From: a virus
Lineage: Duplodnaviria; Heunggongvirae; Uroviricota; Caudoviricetes
Strand: one strand, 5' to 3'
DNA length: 10,899 nucleotides
IMG/VR virus record: IMGVR_UViG_2529292833_000014
Part shown: positions 6,676 to 10,899 of the stretch, one piece after another
Layout: every line of letters starts with the position of its first letter
How positions within the stretch are numbered: position 1 is the stretch's first letter
Program-made: the position numbers and the translations under genes
Notes under the pieces: generated by a model
Told to the model about the DNA's origin: nothing
The model's database searches: none
Seen by the model: the letters and a program-made list of their open reading frames with translations, nothing else

Positions 6676-7716
6676 ATGGTTGATTTATATTCGCCTGCCC
6701 AGCTTGTGCAGGTGGCTAATGCTGAAGATGTGCAAAAAAAATTAAATGCGTTGTTTACCAGTTTGTTTTTCACTCGCTCGGTAATGTTTGAATCGAGAGA
6801 CATTATTCTTGATACGATCGACGATCCAAATATCCCGATCGCGGCGTTTTGCTCTCCTATGGTGGGCAGTAAGGTTTCACGAGATGAGGGATACGAATCA
6901 AAAACAATTCGCCCTGGCTATATGAAACCGAAAAGCAGCATTGATCCAAATAAGTTAGCTGTGCGCCCTGCTGGTGTGTCACCTGAGCAATACAATGCTT
7001 TTGGGGCGCGTAATATTAAAGTTAAACAGGCGATTGTAAATCAGGCTAAAGCTATTCGTGCACGTATTGAATGGCTTGCTGTTCAGGCAATCACAACGGG
7101 GAAAAATATCATTGAGGGCGATGGTATTGAACGTTATGAGCTGGACTGGAATATAAAACCACAAAATATTATCACGCAGTCTGGCGGTGCTGAGTGGTCA
7201 GGTAAGGATAAAGAAACTTTTGATCCAAATGATGATATTGAGAGCTACGCAGAATTTAGTGAGGGCGTCACTAATATCATCATTATGGGCGGTAATGTAT
7301 GGAAGAAATACCGTTCATTCAGAGCGATAAAAGAGGCTCTGGATACCCGTCGTGGTTCTAATTCCGAACTGGAAACGGCCCTTAAAGACCTTGGTGATTC
7401 GGTGAGTTTTAAAGGGTATATGGGCGATGTTGCGATTGTTGTTTACAGCGGACGTTATACCGACGAGGACGGAACTGAAAAACATTTCCTTGATCCTGAT
7501 TTGATGGTGCTTGGCAATACGGCTCTTCAGGGGATTGTCGCCTATGGCGGTATTCAGGATCCGGAGCTAATCCGAATGGGGCTGACTAAAGCCGAACTTG
7601 CACCGAAAAACTATATTGTGCCTGGTGATCCGGCTATTGAGTACGTACAAACGCACTCTGCACCACAGCCAATACCGGCCCGCATCAATCGTTTTGTTAC
7701 CGTTCGCATTGGCTAA
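6676..7716 (+). CDS. Major capsid protein, lambda gpE-like (about 346 aa)
   Basis: Long collinear matches to lambda gpE as recalled: ITQSGGAEWSGKDKETFDPNDDIESYA vs ITQSGGTEWSKRDKSTYDPTDDIEAYA, and LDTRRGSNSELETALKDLGDSVSFKGYMGDVAIVVYSGRY vs LDTRRGSNSELETAVKDLGKAVSYKGMYGDVAIVVYSGQY. Start chosen at ATG 6676 (GAGG 6 nt upstream); the ORF is open from 6589. Confidence 0.9.
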   Translation: MVDLYSPAQLVQVANAEDVQKKLNALFTSLFFTRSVMFESRDIILDTIDDPNIPIAAFCSPMVGSKVSRDEGYESKTIRPGYMKPKSSIDPNKLAVRPAGVSPEQYNAFGARNIKVKQAIVNQAKAIRARIEWLAVQAITTGKNIIEGDGIERYELDWNIKPQNIITQSGGAEWSGKDKETFDPNDDIESYAEFSEGVTNIIIMGGNVWKKYRSFRAIKEALDTRRGSNSELETALKDLGDSVSFKGYMGDVAIVVYSGRYTDEDGTEKHFLDPDLMVLGNTALQGIVAYGGIQDPELIRMGLTKAELAPKNYIVPGDPAIEYVQTHSAPQPIPARINRFVTVRIG

Positions 7717-7725
7717 GGGGGAGCA

Positions 7726-8067
7726 ATGGCTACTCATTACACTGAACTCATGTCTGGCACTGAAGCACTGGTTACTACGCTGGGGATATTTTCAGCCAAT
7801 AAAGGGGTAATACCTGCGTTTACGCCACTGATGCAGGAAGATGCAACTGGTGCGCTAGTGGTATGGGATGGAACGAGCGCAGGCAAAGCGGTTTATGTTT
7901 CCGCTGTACAAATCGACACAGCGAAAAAAACACAGGCACAGGTTTATAAGACAGGTGTTTTAAATGTTGATGCTCTGAACTGGCCTGAGTCTGTAAAAGA
8001 ACTGTCGGCAAAGGTTGCCGCGTTTGTTGGCTCAGGTATTTCTGTTCAGCCGCTGGCTCGTGTGTAA
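7726..8067 (+). CDS. Head decoration protein, lambda gpD-like (113 aa)
   Basis: FTPLMQEDATGALVVWDGTSAGKAV...YKTGVLNVDALNWPE matches lambda gpD [25 protein letters not shown]...YKSGTFRYEDVLWPE (recalled); similar length; RBS AAGGGGGAG. Confidence 0.85.
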   Translation: MATHYTELMSGTEALVTTLGIFSANKGVIPAFTPLMQEDATGALVVWDGTSAGKAVYVSAVQIDTAKKTQAQVYKTGVLNVDALNWPESVKELSAKVAAFVGSGISVQPLARV

Positions 8068-8078
8068 AGGGGGATACA

Positions 8079-8462
8079 ATGCAGAATCATTACAATGACC
8101 TTAAGCCAATTGCCGAAATGATGTATCCGGATCCAGCAGTAGAGGAATTAAAGGCTATTGCTGACAAAATGCGTTTAAGTGAACGCCTTGTTGATATGAA
8201 TCAGGTGATGGAACTTACTACCCTTAGCCGTCGCACATTGCTAAACCTTGAGGCTCGCGGAGAGTTCCCCGAACGCGTACAGGTTACGGAAGGGCGTGAG
8301 GCCTGGTATTTAAGCGAAGTGATCGACTGGATAAACAATATTCCTCGAGCTTCTGAATATTGCCGCGTACCTGTCCCAAAAAAGCCAGATGCGGCGCTAT
8401 GCCTCAAGATTGAGCGTGTACGCCGCAATGCACGGGATGGTCGCTATAAGTTGATTGGTTGA
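8079..8462 (+). CDS. AlpA/MerR-like HTH domain protein (127 aa) with N- and C-terminal extensions
   Basis: Central segment MNQVMELTTLSRRTLLNLEARGEFPERVQVTEGREAWYLSEVIDWINN has the AlpA/excisionase-type HTH pattern; RBS AAAGGGGGA. Sits between the decoration gene and the cos site. Confidence 0.65.
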   Translation: MQNHYNDLKPIAEMMYPDPAVEELKAIADKMRLSERLVDMNQVMELTTLSRRTLLNLEARGEFPERVQVTEGREAWYLSEVIDWINNIPRASEYCRVPVPKKPDAALCLKIERVRRNARDGRYKLIG

Positions 8463-8488
8463 TGAAATTAGGGCCCGTTCTGGCTGGC

Positions 8489-8600
8489 GGGTCCTTTCCG
8501 GCGATCCGGTAGGCTACGGGGCGGCGACCTTGCGGATTTTCGCTATTTATGAGCCTTTTCGGGTTGGTGGTGGTGGTTTTGTTTTTCGCTCTATCTCTAT
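8489..8600. other. Lambda-type cos site (cosQ-proximal region, cosN with 12-nt cohesive-end sequence GGGCGGCGACCT at 8519..8530, divergent cosB-like region)
   Basis: Seen directly and compared with the recalled lambda termini: GGGTCCTTTCCGGCGATCCGGTAGGCTACG / GGGCGGCGACCT / TGCGGATTTTCGCTATTTATGAGCCTTTTCGGGTT versus lambda GGGTCCTTTCCGGTGATCCGACAGGTTACG / GGGCGGCGACCT / CGCGGGTTTTCGCTATTTATGAAAATTTTCCGGTT. Sequence diverges from lambda downstream of about 8567. Confidence 0.8.
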
Positions 8601-8663
8601 GAATAAAAAGGGAAAGATAACACCAACACACCAACCTGAAACCTTAACTAAGTGGGGATATTG

Positions 8664-9206
8664 ATGAAATCGCACCTGATGAACAAAAAAACTATGGCGC
8701 AAAGCTGCCGCGTAAGTGCGACAGCGTTCGACAAGTGGGGAGTAACTCCCGTTGAGCGTAAAGGCCGTGAGGCGTTTTATGATGTTGCTAGCGTGATAGA
8801 CAATAGGGTTAACAATGCAATTAACCAGCTTACAAACGACAAAGGCGAGATTGATGATGATGAACTTTTACGCGTAAGAATCAGATTGCTGACAGCACAG
8901 GCGGAAGCGCAGGAACTTAAAAACGAGCGCGAACGCGGCGAGGTGATTGATACAAAGTTTTGCATCTACGCGATTTCAAAACTAGCGAGTCAGATTTCAT
9001 CAATCATGGACAGCCTCCCGCTCACAATGCAAAGGCGCTTTCCCGATATAAGGCCGTATATGCTGGATGAACTAAAAAGGGAAATAGCCAAAGCATGTAA
9101 CGCATGTGCAAGACTTGACGAAAACCTGCCACAGATACTGGCTGATTACCTGATGGAAACTACCGGAAGCGCGCCTGAGAAGTTGCTACAGAACAAAGGC
9201 GAGTAA
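8664..9206 (+). CDS. Terminase small subunit homolog, lambda gpNu1-like (candidate packaging-redirecting protein)
   Basis: RLLTAQAEAQELKNERERGEVIDTKFCIYAISKLASQISSIMDSLPLTMQRRFPDI matches lambda Nu1 RLTRAQADAQELKNARDSAEVVETAFCTFVLSRIAGEIASILDGLPLSVQRRFPEL (recalled); the N-terminal NKKTMAQ aligns with Nu1 NKKQLAD. Start is uncertain: ATG 8664 has the best RBS (GGGGA, 5 nt), ATG 8679 fits the Nu1 alignment best, and the ORF is open from 8652. Confidence 0.85.
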   Translation: MKSHLMNKKTMAQSCRVSATAFDKWGVTPVERKGREAFYDVASVIDNRVNNAINQLTNDKGEIDDDELLRVRIRLLTAQAEAQELKNERERGEVIDTKFCIYAISKLASQISSIMDSLPLTMQRRFPDIRPYMLDELKREIAKACNACARLDENLPQILADYLMETTGSAPEKLLQNKGE

Positions 9207-9279
9207 CCGCCGCCCCGTAACGGGCCATAATTCCAGGAAGGACCTGACGACACCAGGCTATCAGAGCGATGGGGGCACA

Positions 9280-9561
9280 ATGACAGAAGCCGAAATACTG
9301 CGATTAATCCGCCGCGTTACCGGAATCAGCCAGCAGGCTGACGAACAGGCCACGCAGCCGGACAGCGTGACCGCTGAAAATTATGTGCGTGTTGTTGCTG
9401 AGGTGATGCGCCGTGACGGTATCGAGCTTAACGGCGTGGATATGCGCAACATACGCACCAGAGTTCTGGAGATGTTGTCGTACCGTCGCCGCGTGCAGAT
9501 GTACCAAGAGAAAGAAAAAATTACTTACCACTGGAAGAAGCCGGAACGGTTACGACGTTAA
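9280..9561 (+). CDS. Hypothetical protein (93 aa)
   Basis: ORF with GGGGG 4 nt upstream of the ATG; no recognisable domain; last gene before the non-coding boundary region. Confidence 0.45.
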   Translation: MTEAEILRLIRRVTGISQQADEQATQPDSVTAENYVRVVAEVMRRDGIELNGVDMRNIRTRVLEMLSYRRRVQMYQEKEKITYHWKKPERLRR

Positions 9562-9567
9562 CTTGTG

Positions 9568-9607
9568 GTGACATACCGTGACGGAGAGTGACACACAGTG
9601 ACAAAAA
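9568..9607. repeat. Four GTGAC repeats at exact 10-bp spacing (9568, 9578, 9588, 9598)
   Basis: Seen directly: GTGACATACC GTGACGGAGA GTGACACACA GTGACAAAAA, starting 7 nt after the stop of the last element gene. Confidence 0.5.
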
Positions 9608-10093
9608 AGACGGTATTTAAATCGGGTGGTGTTTAATACCCCCAGGGGGATAGAAATCCCTACACCTCATTGCTTATGGGACCGCCCGCCTACCCTTGTT
9701 CACATCGCCGCAGGTTCGAAAACTTTTTTTGGGAAGGTGTGCACGGGATTGATAGATGAGGTCTATCTATAAAAAATCACAAAATCCGCGCCATTGCTGG
9801 ATCCGCCAAAAATCCCCCACCTTACGGCAGACAAAGAAAACGCGAATTATGGGCCTGTTGCAGAGAAAAAAGGTCTCACTAGTTTTGCGCACCCTAGCAT
9901 CGAGGTTCGTCAGCCTCCCATCAGCAACCAGATAACTAATCTCGCTGGTGGGCATGATGCCGATATGGGGACTTCCATAACGGTTTATCCGTGATCATCC
10001 ACCAGCTTCATGGCGGATAGCCGGAAAATGATAACGGTATAGCCCGTCGCTTGTGTCTATTTGTTCCGCATTGTTGCATACAGTGCACCGAAC

Positions 10094-10117
10094 GGTGTAG
10101 TTAATGGTGTAGTTAAT
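10094..10117. repeat. Perfect tandem duplication of the 12-mer GGTGTAGTTAAT
   Basis: Seen directly at 10094..10105 and 10106..10117, in the AT-rich region upstream of the Smr-domain gene. Confidence 0.85.
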
Positions 10118-10335
10118 TTGCGATTTTTAACGTTATTTGCAGCGATGTTTGTTGGTTAAATTCAATAAGTTATGCGCATTTAATTATAAATATCGTGAAT
10201 GAATAATCATGCATAAGCATTTTGCTTAAAATATCGGCAATATTTGGAACTTATTACTGGAATTTTGGGTAATACGTTGTTGGACCGACCCGGTCTGGTT
10301 ATCATATCGCGCTCTTAATTGCGGGAGGATGTAAC

Positions 10336-10899
10336 ATGAACCTTGACGACAAATCGCTGTTTCTTGACGCCATGGAAGATGTCCAGCCGCTGAAACGAGC
10401 TACAGATGTCCACTGGCATCCAACGCGTAACCAACGTGCGCCGCAGCGTATCGACACGCTGCAGCTTGATAATTTCCTCACCACCGGATTTCTCGACATC
10501 ATCCCACTAAGTCAGCCGCTGGAGTTTCGGCGGGAAGGGTTGCAACATGGGGTGCTGGATAAGCTGCGCAGTGGTAAATATCCGCAACAGGCGAGCCTGA
10601 ATCTTTTGCGCCAGCCGGTGGAAGAGTGCCGCAAAATGGTGTTCAGTTTCATTCAACAAGCCCTGGCGGATGGTTTGCGTAATGTGCTGATTATTCATGG
10701 TAAAGGGCGGGAAGATAAATCGCATGCCAATATTGTCCGCAGCTATGTGGCGCGCTGGCTGACCGAATTTGATGATGTTCAGGCATATTGCACTGCGCTA
10801 CCGCATCATGGCGGCAGCGGGGCGGGTTACGTCGCACTACGTAAAACGGCGCAGGCGAAGCAAGAAAACTGGGAGCGCCACGCTAAGCGCAGTCGTTGA
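10336..10899 (+). CDS. smrA: Smr-domain protein, SmrA/YdaL-like (187 aa), chromosomal
   Basis: Full ORF with RBS GGGAGGAT; Smr-type motif LIIHGKGRED (HGxG); the 187-aa length and MNLDDKSLFLDAMEDVQPLK N-terminus fit E. coli SmrA (YdaL) rather than the 183-aa SmrB, as recalled. The symbol is held with moderate certainty; the product class is firm. Confidence 0.75.
   Translation: MNLDDKSLFLDAMEDVQPLKRATDVHWHPTRNQRAPQRIDTLQLDNFLTTGFLDIIPLSQPLEFRREGLQHGVLDKLRSGKYPQQASLNLLRQPVEECRKMVFSFIQQALADGLRNVLIIHGKGREDKSHANIVRSYVARWLTEFDDVQAYCTALPHHGGSGAGYVALRKTAQAKQENWERHAKRSR

Larger units (their letters stand above)
1..9650 (+). mobile_element. Integrative phage satellite (PICI / P4-like class, cos-type, lambdoid helper inferred); right boundary approximate
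   Basis: Gene content and order: integrase, AlpA regulator, replication ATPase plus iteron origin, SSB, lambda-like capsid/decoration genes, cos site, Nu1-like small terminase; no portal, large terminase or tail genes. Host gene smrA-like starts at 10336. attL is outside the window, so the end coordinate is a guess within 9562..10335. Confidence 0.75.

Noticed and set aside
8651-8659. Iteron-like AAGTGGGGA just upstream of the Nu1-like start
   Set aside because: Single copy that also serves as the Shine-Dalgarno sequence; likely coincidental, though Rep binding there is not excluded.
1-9650. Ordinary degraded lambdoid prophage rather than a satellite
   Set aside because: Gene order (int, alpA, rep, ori, ssb, E, D, cos, Nu1) and the 10-kb size do not match lambdoid head-gene organisation (Nu1, A, W, B, C, Nu3, D, E), and there is no remnant of portal, protease or large terminase between the genes. 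The region outside the window was not seen, so this is not fully excluded.
9700-9730. tRNA fragment suggested by GGTTCGAA
   Set aside because: Flanking bases cannot form a T-stem or acceptor stem on either strand; no tRNA-like cloverleaf could be built.
9767-9994. Small ORFs (62 and 66 aa) in the boundary region
   Set aside because: No RBS, poor composition, overlapping each other on opposite strands in a repeat-rich non-coding stretch.

Overview
Nearly the whole window is one compact (about 9.6-10 kb) integrative element with the architecture of a phage satellite (PICI / P4-like class), lying next to a chromosomal Smr-domain gene (smrA/ydaL-like, 10336..10899). On the + strand it runs: tyrosine integrase (1..1230), AlpA-type regulator, a Bro-N-like gene remnant, two leftward small genes, a divergent promoter/operator region, a rightward operon of small overlapping genes ending in a RepA-like replication ATPase, an iteron-type origin, and an SSB gene split by a -1 frame change at an A_AAA_AAG heptamer. 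A morphogenesis/packaging block follows: lambda gpE-like major capsid protein, gpD-like decoration protein, a second AlpA-like HTH protein, a lambda-type cos site whose 12-nt cohesive-end sequence matches lambda, and a gpNu1-like small terminase. No portal, scaffold, protease, large terminase or tail genes are present, so the element presumably depends on a lambdoid cos helper phage. The most interesting candidates are the satellite-encoded capsid/decoration pair, the private cos plus Nu1-like module, and the possible programmed frameshift in ssb. No rRNA, tRNA or CRISPR array was seen. attL lies outside the window, so the right boundary is inferred only. All homology statements come from reading the translations and from recalled reference sequences; no searches were run.
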